NCBI RefSeq assembly: GCF_000181795.1
Contig: NW_003526943.1
Coordinates: 10,784,789 to 10,848,788, forward strand
Source: Trichinella spiralis
Taxonomy: Eukaryota
Length of the DNA stretch: 64,000 nt
Reading direction: 5' to 3'
Shown here piece after piece: positions 39,317 to 53,790 of this stretch. The position numbers and the translations under genes are program-made. The first letter of the stretch is position 1, and each line of letters opens with the position of its first letter. Below the pieces are notes generated by a model. It did no database searches and had not been told where the DNA came from. It worked only from the letters and a program-made list of their open reading frames with translations.

Positions 39317-42300
39317 TTAGTGTCCATAAGTGAGGTATCCGTAATAGCTGTTTGCCATGGTCGGTGCTCCGTAGGAATACATCGGATGAGGGTATCCGTA
39401 CATGCTTTGATTGTATGGAACCATCATTATCTTTTCATGATAGGCAGGCATCATGTATGGCAGTGGTTTTCCTTCAGTTTCACGTCTCTCTTCATCCTGC
39501 AAAAATTATTGAAATTGAAAAGAAAAAAAGTAATATTTTTTTCAGAATACATCCAAACTGCTCAGCGCTTACTTTCATTTTCTTCTGAGCAACCAACATA
39601 GAAATGGAAGAAATCAGAATAAAGCCTACTCCAATCCATGCAACCATGTACGACCAACCATACGATATATCAGTATATTGGTTAAGAATCTGTAAAACAG
39701 AAACAGCGCTTTGAAGCAGCATAACATATAATTTGTTCTCTTTAAAATATATTTCAAAAAAAATTTTTTTAATAAATATTTACAAGATATTGCAATTAAT
39801 TGTCGATTTGCTGTTTTGTTACTGATATAATTTCATTATTATCAATGAATCTATCAATCATTTCATTTACCGTTGGCCAACGTTTGTAAAACGGCATCAC
39901 GTCAATGAGTTCTCGTTGAATGTAATCAATACCATGCCAGATGGCAATCGATGCAATGATAAACAAAGCTAAAATGATAATTTGTTTTCATCTGAATTTT
40001 CATAATGTATAAATTTTAAAGTTTACAATAATTTCAATAATAAAATTCAGTTCAAAATGTTTCATCAATGTATAAAATTCACGTTATTCATAAAATGATA
40101 TTTCAAATATGAGCAATAGTTCAAGCTGTGCAAATGTTTGAAATGCAAAACAAAAGTTACAAAGTATTAAAATACGTTTAAACATATATATATATGTAAG
40201 TGAAGTAACTGAAATTTTGTTTGTCTTATTTTATTTAATTTATAGTAAATAATTTATAATATTGATAGCTAATAGCAGTTGCTAATGCTTTGCCTAAAAC
40301 ATTGAATGCGAAATTTCAGGGGTTAATGCAGTTCAATCACTGAAAGTAGTTATGAAATGTAAAACCGACAATTATTAGATGTCCGTGAACCTAGACATAA
40401 ACAAAATGACATGCCTTGAATGATCGGAATTTTCCCGCCTAAACATAATTTCCTAGGTCAGCTGTAATCTTATCTAGATACTTTTAATCACAAAAGGTGT
40501 TCTCTTCTTTTTTTATTACAAAATTTGAATTTAATTCAATTTTAAATATATTTAACATCAATATTTCGATGAAAATAAAATAAAGTTTCAATTTGTAAAA
40601 GTGAATTTTTTCCATAGATGTATTTCGCTTGAAAGTTTACAGTATACTAAATGAATTCATAAAAACAGTTAATTCTTTAACTTTTAGTTTCAGTTTAAAA
40701 CAATTTTTTAGTTTAAAAGTAATTCGTGTAAGAATAATTAAAATCATATCTCATGATCATAATAATCAAAAAATACTAATTGATAAACAGTATAAATTTG
40801 TCTAAAATGAAAAATAAAATCTTTTTAAAAAATTGTATACCTGAAAAAAGCATCAGAATTCCTGTAACCATGATAAGGGAAGAATTACGTCGCCAACATC
40901 CTCTTATACCTGAGGTCAAGCAGATTGAAAGAAACACAATTCCAACGATATACAATGCTACGCAGGTTCGCATCATATCTATAAATAACCAATATATTTA
41001 ATCAGTTTTTGACATGAATTTTAAACAAGTATATTGTAAATTATTACGCATCCGAATAAGCTGATAGTAACCATAATTGCTCACAACTGTTGAATCTTCT
41101 GGAATTTGATAGTCTTGAATGTTACGACACTGACTGCCCAATGGATCAGTGTAAGTTCCTGCCCCTGGTATAATAAAGATTAATAGAATTATTCGCAGTG
41201 TACTGTGAAAAGCAACATTTGATAAAAATTATATCATTATCCAATAATAAATAAAGATAATTTTAAAAACTTACCATTTTGTAAAGTGGTAAATTGAAAT
41301 TATTTAAGCAAATGAAAAAAAAATTTTAACTTTCATGCGCTCTACATTCTCCTGTGTTTAGAGTTTTTAAAACAGTATTTATTGTAAAACTTCATATATT
41401 AAACGACACAAAGGTCAGTATGAATATTTTTATTTTATCATAGTAAATCAATTAAATAATAAAAATTTCAAATAATTTTATCAGCTGCAATAATTCAACC
41501 TTAATCACTACTTACAATAAACTTATGTTTGATTATATTTCAATGTGCATTTCAATTTTTGCATTAGCCAATTCAGCAATTCATAATTTACACATAAATT
41601 CATAAAATTAAATTTATCATGATAATTTAATTATAAAAATGATCTGTGAACAAATTTAAAAAGTTCTGAAATGCCAAACAATTTTTTTGAAAAATGTGAC
41701 AATTACGAGAACAAATGGCATTTTCTTCTTCTGTATTTATATGCAAATGCATGTATTTATTTCGACTGTCTGATTAAAGATACTTTGTTCAAGTTACAAG
41801 TTAAAATATGCATGTATTCCGTTACAATTAAAAAAATCATGTACTATATTTTACAAGGATAATAGGGAAATAATTGTGTATAGAAAGTAGAGAATAATGA
41901 CAAAGAAATGAGCTTATGAATGTAAATTGATGAAATGAAGAAAGCCTGAATACAAAAAAGGACATTATAATAAATAATGAATAATCAATAATTCTTTTCA
42001 TAATTTGTTGTGTCCAGTTTTGTGGCAGTTGTCGAAATCAAGTTTCAACTGCTAATAAAAATCCCAAGCAACCTTGACATTTTTCGACATGTTAAAATTG
42101 TTTTGGAACCAGTCGGTGTCTGTTCAACAGAAACTAGCCGCTTTGGCGGCTAATCAGCACTGGGATTGCCATTTGCTTACCAAAGAAATTTTCCAAGAAT
42201 TTTTCTCATGAAGAAAAAAAACCTCATGAGCATAATTCTTGTTGTCATTGAATAACATCAACAACAACAAACACAAAATAGCCTTGTAAAATTGTAAACA

Positions 42301-43635
42301 TTTTCCAATCCACTTATTACATCATGTAAAAAAAATTTTTTTAATTTGATTTTCAGGTAACATATCATCAATCAGAATTTCTACCTCTGACACGTTAATT
42401 TTATTGAAACAATTTAGAAAATTTAATTTTAATACTTTATCTAATCTTTCATTACTTTTGACATAAATAATGAGGAAATATTAAAAAAAAATTTTTTTTC
42501 AAAAGACATTCAAAATAACAATGATTAGTTGTTTGACTTGTGAAAATTGCTCAAAATTTAGGCCGTGCAAGAAGATAATTGTTAGATGAACTAATTTTTG
42601 CAAGATTTTTCGGATGAAGAAGAATTTCTGTACCGTGACCACAAACAACAATGGAATCATTTCATTGCAATTCATCTGCAGCTGATGTGCAAGTTCAATT
42701 TTACTTTCGCCTTTTAGATAATATGGTCAAGATGAGCTGAAAATTGGGTAAAGTGTTTGCCTTGTTTATTATGCTTTTTGTCAAATTATGCTTCGACGCC
42801 TGGTGCTGTTTGTCAATCAGAAAATTGTTGTTCAATTTTCATACTGAAACGATGCTTATCGTTCGCACTGTTGAAAACTACCTTTCAGTACTCGAATTTA
42901 TTCGCATTTCGATTCAATGAATTTAAAAGTATCAACTCGAAAATTAAAAAAGAAAACAATATTTATAACCAGACAACAGCAATTTAAATTAATTTAAATA
43001 TAATTTTAATTCTGGCAGTTAAGATAACATTTCAAGCTATTCGATTCTCATCACATGAAAATTATTTTTTGTGAAATACATTTCTTGTTTCACAACTTTT
43101 TAGCTTAAAAGTATTACTCGATGTACTATTATGGATGGTAGCAATGCTTGATAATTAGCAGAAAAATTATCAATTTGTTTCATAAACATGTTATCTGAAT
43201 GAAATACACTGAAGCTGGAAAAGTGAACAAAGCTTCTCAAAAGTAAAAACTCTAATCTAAAGTGAGCATGCAAATCTAAAGTTGATGCTAGTCTACACTT
43301 CTATCCAGTGACATCCTTGGCGCATGCTTGAATTTTAGCCAAAAGGAATAATTTCAGCTTATTTGTTATGTCTAAAATATAATTCACTCACCATTGGGAA
43401 CTTCTGAAGGGAAGCATTCTCGAAAAAATCCAAACGTGCGACTGAAGTAGATATCGGTTTGATTGATCATCACCATAGCGAGTCTCGTTTCTGGATCTTG
43501 GTTGTATTTTTTCAAAATTGCAGCTCGATTCACTCGTATCTCTTGCCAGTTGTTGGTTCCAAAAGCAATAATAATCAGTATGCTTCCGAGCAGTGAAAAA
43601 ACACTGCTGAAGCTCAGTGTAACCGGTGAATTCAT
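39317..43635 (-). CDS. Claudin/PMP22/EMP-superfamily four-pass membrane protein, 6 exons
   Basis: Approximate exons 43635-43392, 41165-41049, 40978-40842, 39968-39871, 39690-39571 and 39497-39317. TM1 is followed by W..RTFGFFREC..C (claudin-type ECL1), TM4 is preceded by YGWSYMVAWIG, and the tail is Tyr/Pro/Met-rich. Confidence 0.8.
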
Positions 43636-45776
43636 GATAATTTTTTTCGTTTAAACTACAGCTTCAATTTCCAATTAACTTTACAGTGTTTGGCGTTGGT
43701 GGTGGTGGTGGTGGTGATGGTATTCTCCTATTGTTTTCAAATATGCGTTTCACTTTCTACGCCCTAGCTGAACACCAGTGACAACTGCCGAGTTGTTTGA
43801 GCAAAGCTAGTGGCCAAACCGAAGGGCAGTGCTTGTTGACTCTGCAACGATTGGAGACGACCGCATTTGCAATTTGTTGGTTTTTCTGGTCCGGTTTAGC
43901 GACCGGAATCGAGGACACGTCGTCTTCTTACTGTTTGCAAGCCGTCGTGTCTGATTGCACCGTCCACCGTAGACCAGTTCATCTGAAGGTTCACAATCTG
44001 ATTGACCAAGCCTATTGACCAGTGTCAAAAGTCAGCCAGCACACGAAGGGAAATCACGCCCATAGACGGCTCAAAGTTGGCGATCCAGTTGAACCTTATC
44101 CCCTTTTACCGGGAGAGAACTTTAAACCAACTCCAGCCTGCATTAATACTTGAGCATCACTATTCACACCCTCACATTGGAATTGTAAAAAAAACTCGTT
44201 GAACTGTCCTCAAATAAACTGTAACGTTTCATTTTAAAATGCACGCTCAATTATCAATCATTCAATCAAACTGCTGAAATGCATATCACTTTTTTACAGA
44301 GGTTTGTCCTCTTCCTCTTATTTGCTATCTTTGTCATTTTTTCACATTGCCTTTCATTTCTTTGCAAATTATGCAGTCTTACCTTTCTGTTGTTTTGCAT
44401 TATCAAAAAACGTCGTCTACAATACTGGCAAAATTAGGAATAAAAATGGTCTTTTATAAATCAGATCTAGGTGTTATGTATATCAGTAATCCGCTTATAC
44501 ATGTAATCTTTATTCTTAATGTTCAAGTAATCATGTTTTAAAATTTTATTTGAAAATAAAAGTGTTGCAACATTAGATTTTTTTAATGAACAAAATCTCA
44601 CTTTAATTTTAAAATATGCTTGTAGCAAACTTGAACAGCTAATTGCTCGCAATGATCACTTGAATAAATTTTTGTCCACTGGATTTTCATTTAAGCTGTG
44701 ATCGTGTTTAATACATTCTTTTAATTTATTTTAAACTGATTCAACTTATATTTTTTTTCATATGCAGTGAAATTGCTATTTTAATTTGTTTCAGTTTACT
44801 GAAAATGCACTACTTTTTTATTTTAATTTTCACTTATGTGTTTATTTCATGTAATGTCATCCATTTTTTGCCAAAATTTACTTTAAAATCCCCCCAAATC
44901 AAGAAATTAAGGATGAAATATTTATCAGTTTCAGCATGTTAATCCATCTCTACGCGGTCAACTATTAAAATTGAAAATTCATCTAGCAAATATATTCCTG
45001 AGCAGTGCTTTTAAGCATCTTTCTGATGAAACACTGGAAAATCATTTTTCAGTGATCACTGCAAGGTGCTCTACAAATGTCGTGAACTCTTAATACTGAC
45101 TGAAACTGATCCTCTGAAATTGATAAGGATAGCCTTTCGTGCATTCCAGTTGCCGTTACATTGTTGCTTCTGCTGTATGAACGTAATTTAATTTTCGTTT
45201 TCAGACATGAATTCACTCATTCTTTCAAAAACATCCACATGCTTCTTGTAGAGCCAGGTTGATGCAGTCAATGATAAATTTATCAATTAATGCTAACTCG
45301 TCAACCTTTATTATGACACATAACGATGAATTAATAATTCCTGATCATCAATTTTTACGGTAGTTTCTGTTCAGTGTTTCTGTTGTAAAAGCATTTCGCA
45401 ATAAATAAAAGTAACTTTTCATTTTGTTTTTTAAGCTGATCTGAATTTTTATTTTAATTTACATACTTATATTTTGTACTTCTCTTATTTTTAGAATTAT
45501 TAAATATCATTGAAATCATTGTATTTTCATTGTGCAGTTTGATTTTGTCTGCATTATAATTTGTTAATAAATTACACTCTTAAATAGTAACAAATTGTTT
45601 TTCAATATTTAACATGTTCAATATTTAATAGTGGTTTCAGAAATTTATTTTGATCTATTTTGTTATGACACGTCATCAATTTAAAATCATTTTTATTCTT
45701 AATTTTTAAATGTCTGTTTGAATGATTTATGAATTGTAAAATACCAATTTTAAATGCTCTGTTGATAATTTTCCTC

Positions 45777-45909
45777 CATTATTTTGTTACTTTTTGTTTC
45801 TTAGGTATTATTTTCAAATTTTATCATAATCAATTTATGTTCATTATTTTTGTTACTTTTTTGTTTCTTAGGTATTATTTTCAAATTTTATCATAAATCA
45901 ATTTATGTT
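45777..45909. repeat. Tandem duplication of a ~65-bp unit (2 copies)
   Basis: The unit CATTATTTTGTTAC...CTTAGGTATT...CAATTTATGTT occurs twice. The copies differ only in homopolymer lengths. Confidence 0.9.
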
Positions 45910-45962
45910 CTGACGATTGTGCAATTCAATTTTTAATTTATTCTTCTTTTTATTATTTTAGA

Positions 45963-47141
45963 ATGATGTTTAAACTTATTTTTTTTGCTGTTCTCAATTT
46001 CATTTTGAATTCTACTGTATTGGGTGTTTATATCAATATTGATGCAAATGAAGAGCAGTGCTTTTTGGAGCGTGCAACCGCTGGTACCAAAATGAATCTG
46101 ATGTTTGAAGTTGTGGAAGGTGGCTTTTTAGATATTGATGTTAAGGTAAAATATTTTTTCTTTGTACATTTTATTGAAGATTTGGAAAGGATTTATTTTA
46201 TTATTTTAAAGTGTTTGATTTTGATGCTTTTAATTTTGGCAATAATGATAAGAAAATAATTTTTATAATAATCAGTTCATGATGGACTGGAAATAAGATT
46301 AATAAGACTGTAGTTTTAGAATGGATAGGCGTGGAATTTGTTGGTAAATGTTAATTGTTACGAGATTTGATTTCAATCCTTTTTCCAATACGTTTATCAG
46401 AGGGCTTATTTTTAGATTGTCGGTCCAGATAACAAAGAAGTTTACCGAGGTGAACGCGAATCATCTGGAAAGTTCGCATTTTCTGCGCATATTGATGGAG
46501 TTTACACGTATTGCTTCAGCAACAGGATGTCGACGCTTACTCCGAAAGTTGTTTTGTTTACTATGCATTTAATTGAAGCATATAAAACCACTGGAACTCC
46601 GGAAACGGAGAATGGTTAGTAAAAAGTTATTGCTAATTTAAGAAATTTTCTCACATTGTTCATTATATATTATTGCTAATCAAATATTGCCGATTATATA
46701 TTTCTGTTCTATATTTGTTGCTTATACTTGTAAGAAATTCCATGTTCAGCTTTTTCATGTTGTAAACGATTAATCATATTTGTGGTGTAATTTAATTTCA
46801 AATAATGTTTGTTTCAAAATAGTTATTTAAATGATGATATTATTTTAGCCAACAGCCCTAAACTGGACGATATGGTTAACGAGTTGAGATCTGCCTTACT
46901 GTCGGTGAAACAAGAACAAGAGTATATGCAGGTTCGACAGAAAATTCATCGTGCAAGTAATTGATATAAATGATGAATTCTTTTTTCTTCACCATAATAA
47001 TTGTTGGCATTTTCAGTTAATGAAAGCACAAATTCGAGAGTTGTAATGTGGGCTGTGTTCGAAGCGTTCGTTCTGGTTGCCATGACTGCTGGACAAATTT
47101 TCTATTTGAAAAGATTTTTCGAAATTCGCAGGGTTGTTTAG
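45963..47141 (+). CDS. TMED2: p24 beta family cargo receptor (TMED2/SEL-9-like), 4 exons
   Basis: Signal peptide, then [28 protein letters not shown] domain ([19 protein letters not shown]), [23 protein letters not shown] and [12 protein letters not shown]. Approximate exons 45963-46145, 46416-46614, 46849-46956 and 47016-47141. Confidence 0.94.
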
Positions 47142-47715
47142 ATAATTTGATTCCTGTGATGTGTTATTGTTAATTTATATTGTTATATTAAATGGGATTT
47201 GTGTTTAAAATGTTATACTATTTGCATTTTTGTGAAGATTAAAAATGCAAAACATGTTAATTGGCATTTTATTTCAATGACTAACAATTAATTGTAAAGT
47301 TGAAAAATAAATTCAGCTTTGTTTGTATAATTTTGCAATTTGTTTATTTCCACAGAAATGAGCGATCGAATAGGATACGTTCACCAAATATTATTAGCTA
47401 ATTGTGTTTGATTTAATATTTAGAAATTATTTCAAAATTGAAAAACCAGACAGTGAGAAGTTACAGAAACCCAATAATGATCTTCAAGTAATATTGTAAC
47501 AAAATTGCAAAAAACTTCAGCTTATTGAATTGAAAAAAAATGGTCGTTTGTAGTATACTGGCATAAATTTACGCAAGCAAGCACATCAGTTGCAGATATG
47601 TAGAACAAGATCATTTATTTATTTGGTGTATTTTTATTTCATATTTTTCCTTATTTTGCATCAAAAGCACCTATATATCATCAGTGAACCCGTTTTGAAC
47701 AGCTGCGTGCTGACA

Positions 47716-50700
47716 TCACGGAGGGAAGGACAAGTGCTTGTACGAATTGAGGTGCACGTATGCGGAATGATCCGCAGAAGCGGAGCTTCTTTTATTGCTT
47801 TTCACCGAAGATTCGAAAACGCCGACCAGCGAACGTACCAAAGCACTCTCTTCGCCGTTTGATTTGGGCACATCCATGCAGCAAAGCCGCCGTCCGTTTG
47901 TGCCGCTGAAGTTGCCACCGGCTGCAGCCAACTGACGCAACTCCAACGCACTGGCCAGACGTCTCACGCAACCGTCAGAGCCGGAGTTCTTCGCCAAGCA
48001 TAGCTGCTGCTGCTGCTTATCCGGTCCAGCTCCATTCTTCTTCGACTGCTGCTGCTGCGCGACACGACCGCAGAACGGTTCCGAGTTGGGTCGTCGCTTG
48101 ACAGCGGCAGATGAGTTGGAAGCATGCCGCCAGCTGGCGCCGTTGGCCAGCAACGACCGCTCAGCTGTGGGCGATGCTTCTTGAAAAACACTTTCCCAGA
48201 ATTGAGTCAAGCTTCGCTTGTCGCGCTGGCAGATAGCTTGAAAGGTCGGTTGGCCGTTACCACAACGGGGCACCACCAACTGCAGCTGACCGTTGATGTT
48301 GCACTGCACGCTGGACCCCTGCAACCCCGACGGCTCGTACAAGCGTGCCGTTCGTTGGACAATACCACCACAGCTGGTCGACTTCACCGTCGTCAGCTCG
48401 TGATCAGCTGTTGCAGTTGGACAATGGCCAACGCCCGTCTCACCGTCGTCGGGCAACAACAACTGCTGCTTGTCGTTTTCGTTGCTGCTCGTCACTTCGT
48501 CGACAAAACTGACAAGCTGCACACTGCTGAAATTTGCTCCATCCCGAACCGGATGTCGTCCACTGTCGACGACGTTTCGCACAAACAGCTGAGAATGTTC
48601 ATCAGCTGACTGAAAATCCCCCTCCTTCGAACCTCGCACAATCACACCCAGCTGGTGGGACTTTTTCCCCATAGGATAACTGTCCACTTCCTTGACCAAT
48701 GATGTTTTCAATATATTCTCTGAAGCGGCTAACAACAACGGCGACCCTCCTCCAACAGAACAACCCAATTCTTCTTCTACTTCACCATCATTTTCTTTTT
48801 CTGAATAAATAATATTTTTCGCATATGAATCCACTGAATAGAGATGGTAAAAAGAAAAGATATCTGTACCGTTCGGTTGATCTCTCGCATATTCACCGCC
48901 ATTCTCGTCCCACAGATTCACCTCGCTTTGCACATTTTCCACCGGCAAATGATTCCACAACAAATTCAAACGATTTCGACTAAAAATAAAACATCACACG
49001 CATTAGTAATTAATAAATTCCAACAAAAAAAAGTAAAGACAACAATTTCAAGTAATATATTTTACGTGTGAGAAACACTTGCCTTGCATCCAAAATGCCT
49101 TGGTAAATTTTCAACTGTTCCATAAAACCACGATTCGGAGTGATGCAATTGCGCTTATCTTTAACATAATTTAACGCTTCTTCCACCGGCATACCGTATT
49201 CTTTCATTGCGTATGCAATTACCTGTTTATCAGAAACAATAATGGATTATTTCTAGATGTATATATTTTATTTGGCAAAAGAATAATAAATTATGAAATA
49301 CCGTTGATGCCGATCGACTTATACCCTTTTTGCAATGTACAAGGACACACTGGTTGATTTCTCTGATAATATTAACCAACACTGATTCATAGGGTAAATA
49401 GATTTTAAAATAAATAAATTTACTCACTTTGCTTTGGCAATAAATTTAAACGTCTCATCCCAGAATTTCAACAGTTCAGTACTTTCATCGTCGGAAATGC
49501 TGATTTTCAAATAATGAAACATACCAGGAAAAAAGTTGTCTACCTCTCTTGTCACGTTCAAAATAAATCCAACACTACACAGCAGAAGGTAATAATTGAA
49601 GAAAAAACATAATTAATATTCAAAGAAAAAATTATCAAACAAACTTGTTGTGAATCAATTCATCCCAGTTGGAAGCATTCCACTCGGTTCCCAAGTATAA
49701 ATAGGGGAAAATTTTCGACGGCTTATCCATTTGGCCGAGAATGACAAGCATCTCTTGATCAATGAAATCTTTGTATTCTTTCAAATTCAACTCGAGTCGC
49801 TCTTCGAGCTTATTGCGAATCTGAAGATCGTTTCAGAAGAAGAGAATAATTTTAAAGTAAATAAAAACAACAACAACAACAGAAAACAATGTTATTACTT
49901 ACATCTTTGCTTGTCACTTCGTCCAAATCCACCGATTGCATTATATTTTTCAAAGCATCACGGATCAATTTCTCCGCAGCCGTTCGTTCCGGTGGTTTGT
50001 CTTTGAAACGTTCCAAAGTGGAAACTTTGAGATCACAATCGTCTTGATACAAATAGTGCCTGAACAACAAATGAAACATTTTCACAAGCTAAATTTTCGC
50101 TTCATTCAAAAAATATCATACCATTCGCTTCTGTATGGTTCCGGCGAACAGACATGCGATTCGTAATACTGAACCCACGTATGCGTAAGACCACCGGGAT
50201 AATATGGATAATTCAATGCAACTGCATGAACCTTGTGCAACGACTGATATACCGACCTGTATGTTGAAATTACATTTTTAATTACGGTATGTTTTTCATT
50301 TTTCTTTTCAAAAATATTTCATATAATAAAATAAAAACGACACAAATGGCAGCATTGAAATTATAGAGTTGCTATTATTATTCTTTACCAATAATATGCG
50401 ATAATTTAAATATCTGACACATAAAACATCAATAAAAGTGACGTCAATGTACAAGGAAAAAAGTTCAGAAGAAAAAAAAATCAAGTTTTCACAACTGAAA
50501 ACTACAACAAAGAAAGACCACGCCTTGAAAAATATTAAACAGTGGTTGGTCGTCTGCTGCTAGCCACAAACAGTCAAGCAACAGAAATAACAATTAAAAA
50601 CGAAGTCAACCAGCTTTTTTCTTTGCTAATTTCTGGTTCCATTTTCTAAAAGGCTTCCCACTCTCAATTTCTCACTTTAAAAAATATCTCTCTACTTGTA

Positions 50701-53700
50701 CAGTAATAATGCTTACAACAACAACAATGAAAATAAGAACACTAATCGAAAGGAAAAAAAGCTTAGTCAGTTTTTGACAACTGCCTGCCTGTTCGACTAA
50801 ACAACATTTGTATTCGACATGCTGAAAACAAATTTACTTTGTAGTGCAAAAGTGGACTGACTGACTGTCAAATGAAATAAATTAAAATGAAACAATTCCA
50901 TTTAAATTAATCATATATTGATCGCTGACTAATCAATTTACACTAGTTTAAATGTAATTAAGAAGCAGAACAAATGGAAACAAAATTCACTTATTACTTG
51001 CTTATAGAAGGTGTTTTCAAAGAAAAGACAACTCGATAAATCTTACCACATGGCTTGAACGGATATTGGCTTGAAAACGTGCTGACAGTGATCCGATTCG
51101 ATACAAATTCCTCCATCGCTGTCCAGTGAGATTTTCGTACTTGCCCAAATTGGTAAAACGAGTCCAATTGTTGGATTCTGATCAGGACCACAGTCAATTC
51201 CAATTACAACAGATTCTTGATTATCCTGCCGACCTACGGTCGAAACGATTGCCAAATATCTTGTATTTTTACCAACAAAACTGCTCAATTTCACTGCCTT
51301 CAACAAATTTGTTAATAATTATAATAATAATACTGCTTTTATTTAGTACCATTTTCAACGTGTCTTGGGAACGCAACAGCTGAAGCATAGTTTGTAAATG
51401 TTGCTGGATTTCCCCTAGATGAAGATGAAAAAAGAAATGTAGCCAAAATAGTAAAAAACCATCATCTCAATTACTTCCTCCGCCTTCTATGGAATTGGAC
51501 TGCACAGGCATCATACATTCGTGCTTGGGCAAAATCACCGCCGCTCCTCGTACGGCAAAATAACATTCACTGTAACGGAAAACGGAAACAACATTTGAAA
51601 AAGAACTATTCAAACAATGATTCAAGTGAAACAAAAAATCCATATATACACATAAGCAGTTAAATAAATTTTACAAAACATATTTCAAAAATGAAAAATA
51701 TATTATTCAAAAATTCATCATTCCACTTATGATACTCAATATTGAGATAACAATTGTAAAACGTGAAAAAAAAGAACAAAAATTTTTCATCTTTTCACAG
51801 TTATGTTAAATACACTTCTGTACTTCCGTATATATACATATATATATATATATATGCATTGCGTCACTTATGACAAGCCTGCAACAGAACGTCACCACAC
51901 ACACACACAGACACACAACAAACAGATCTGATTGGACAACGAAACAAAAAGTAAAATAAAATAAAACACGTATAACAATGAAGTTGTAAAAAGATGCTTT
52001 TAAAATACAGACAAAGGTTTGTACAACGTCGAAAAAATTTAAATTCTATTTTGACAGAAAAAAGATTTTTTTGTTAAATGAAATTCACTTTACATACAAA
52101 GGTTATAGAAATTAAGCATCGTCTGTGTGTACTGGGGTTTGATAGACAACAAAAGATATTTGAATAATAATAATAAGAAGAACTGCTATTCTTGGACAAT
52201 ATCCTCATAAAATAAAACAAAGCAATACTTGACAGATAATAGTAATAATTAATGCGCATAACAGAGAGGTCAAAGTCAACAACAAACAAACAGCTTGCAA
52301 TACTGTAAGCAATGATGTTGAGCAGTCAGTCAGTCGATTTGCCTCGGCTATGATTGAACAAAAAGGTCAACAGCCTGAAAATTAACTCACCATGAAAAGC
52401 ACCACCAGTTGTGTTAGCTTCAAGTGATTCAAATTTTACACCAAATAAAACATACAAAAGGGAACAATTTATAATAGAAATGGACAATTTGGAAAACATT
52501 TTTTCTTCAAAGTTGACAAAAATTAAAAATTTCCACCCATCAATTAATATATTATATTAAATTTGAAGTGCACAAACAGAAGAGCGTAGTGAATTTTCAA
52601 TAAAACTAGCAAACGAGCAGCTGGTTCACCAAGGCCACACCTCACACCAGTGGAACCTCTTCAACTTCTTCTGTCATAACAACACCAAAACCATCGCAAA
52701 ATATGAAATGTGAAATTTTTTCAATTTTAATTCTATTCGGACAACTTTACAAAATTGTCGTACAAATCAATCTTGCTTGCCACAGTACAACATTTGCAAA
52801 TGTGCAATGTGCAAGCAAAAATTAATATGCTAATCGTTTCGACGACCACAGCAACAAATGATCGAACAGACAGATATCAACGATGTTGGTCTTTTGTTTG
52901 TTTCCTTGAAAATCGAATCTCATCAGAGCAAAATGGTCGCTTTGATGAAAAACTGCAAACCCCCTTTATACAAAATATTCAGTAATTTGATTCAAAATTC
53001 ACCATCACACACATTCAAAAATCCAATAACACGCAATCAATATCAAACATACAATAGTGCCGAGAATGCTTGGCACGATTAAGCATAAATCAAACACCAA
53101 AGCCCGTCCTGTTCACGTACTGGCACACATTATTAAAGTCAACATATGCAAATAAATAAACACATCGTTGAAATATCAACCGCACATCGACTACAACTTT
53201 GTATAAAATATGAGATCATTTTTTCCTTTTTAAAAACTTAGCTTTTAGCATCTTCAAGACTTACTCACGAAATTAATTTTGTTCTTCTATATTGTTACAA
53301 GTGGAATCTAAAGAGAAAACTTTCATTGAATCTACTACAACTTCAAGTTCATATGCCCTGGATCACTCAACCTCAGTGTGTGTACATTCAATTTCAGATG
53401 ACTGAACACCATTTTTCAAATAGCAATTCATTGAAATGTGATTGAACAAACTTAACACAAATAAATAAATAAATAAATAAATAAACATTAATTCAGGGTA
53501 ATTAAGACAAAAATTACAAAACACAAAACAATTTAAATTCACAGTGAAGTTTTTTTTAAAAAATAGTACATACCTTTGTGATCCTCCGTAACTTTGTATA
53601 TCGTGCGAGCTAACTGTAGTTTCCGATAAAAGATGACAACCATCATTTCCATCATCCTGAATCAAAAATTAAATTAACAAAATAAAACAAACAATTCATT

Positions 53701-53790
53701 AAAAAAAGAAATAAATAATAATTTGTGTACTTGAATCAATTCAATTGTTGAACTTGGAGTAGGAGAACGCTGTACAGTCAACAAAGACAT
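47716..53790 (-). CDS. ssh: Slingshot dual-specificity (cofilin) phosphatase, ~11 exons
   Basis: Starts MSLLTVQRSPTPS (53790). SSH-N domain (ECYFAVRGAAVILP, YLAIVSTVGRQ..IGLVLPIW, FKPISVQAMW), DEK-C-like IMQSVDLDEVTSK, DSP domain (YLGTEWNASN, VLVHCKKGISRSAST, PNRGFMEQL), then a long low-complexity last exon 48979-47716. Confidence 0.93.

Noticed and set aside
44930..45300. Moderately GC-richer stretch that looks like decayed coding sequence
   Set aside because: Stops in the frames examined and no motif I can assign.
48124..48609. 161-aa plus-strand ORF, and similar antisense ORFs over Hox exon 1, the MULE and AP-2 alpha
   Set aside because: Shadow ORFs of GC-richer coding sequence on another strand or frame.
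53268..53360. Possible extra Slingshot exon ending at a GTGAGT donor
   Set aside because: Inclusion introduces stops, and the flanking exons already join in frame (SQS-ECYF).
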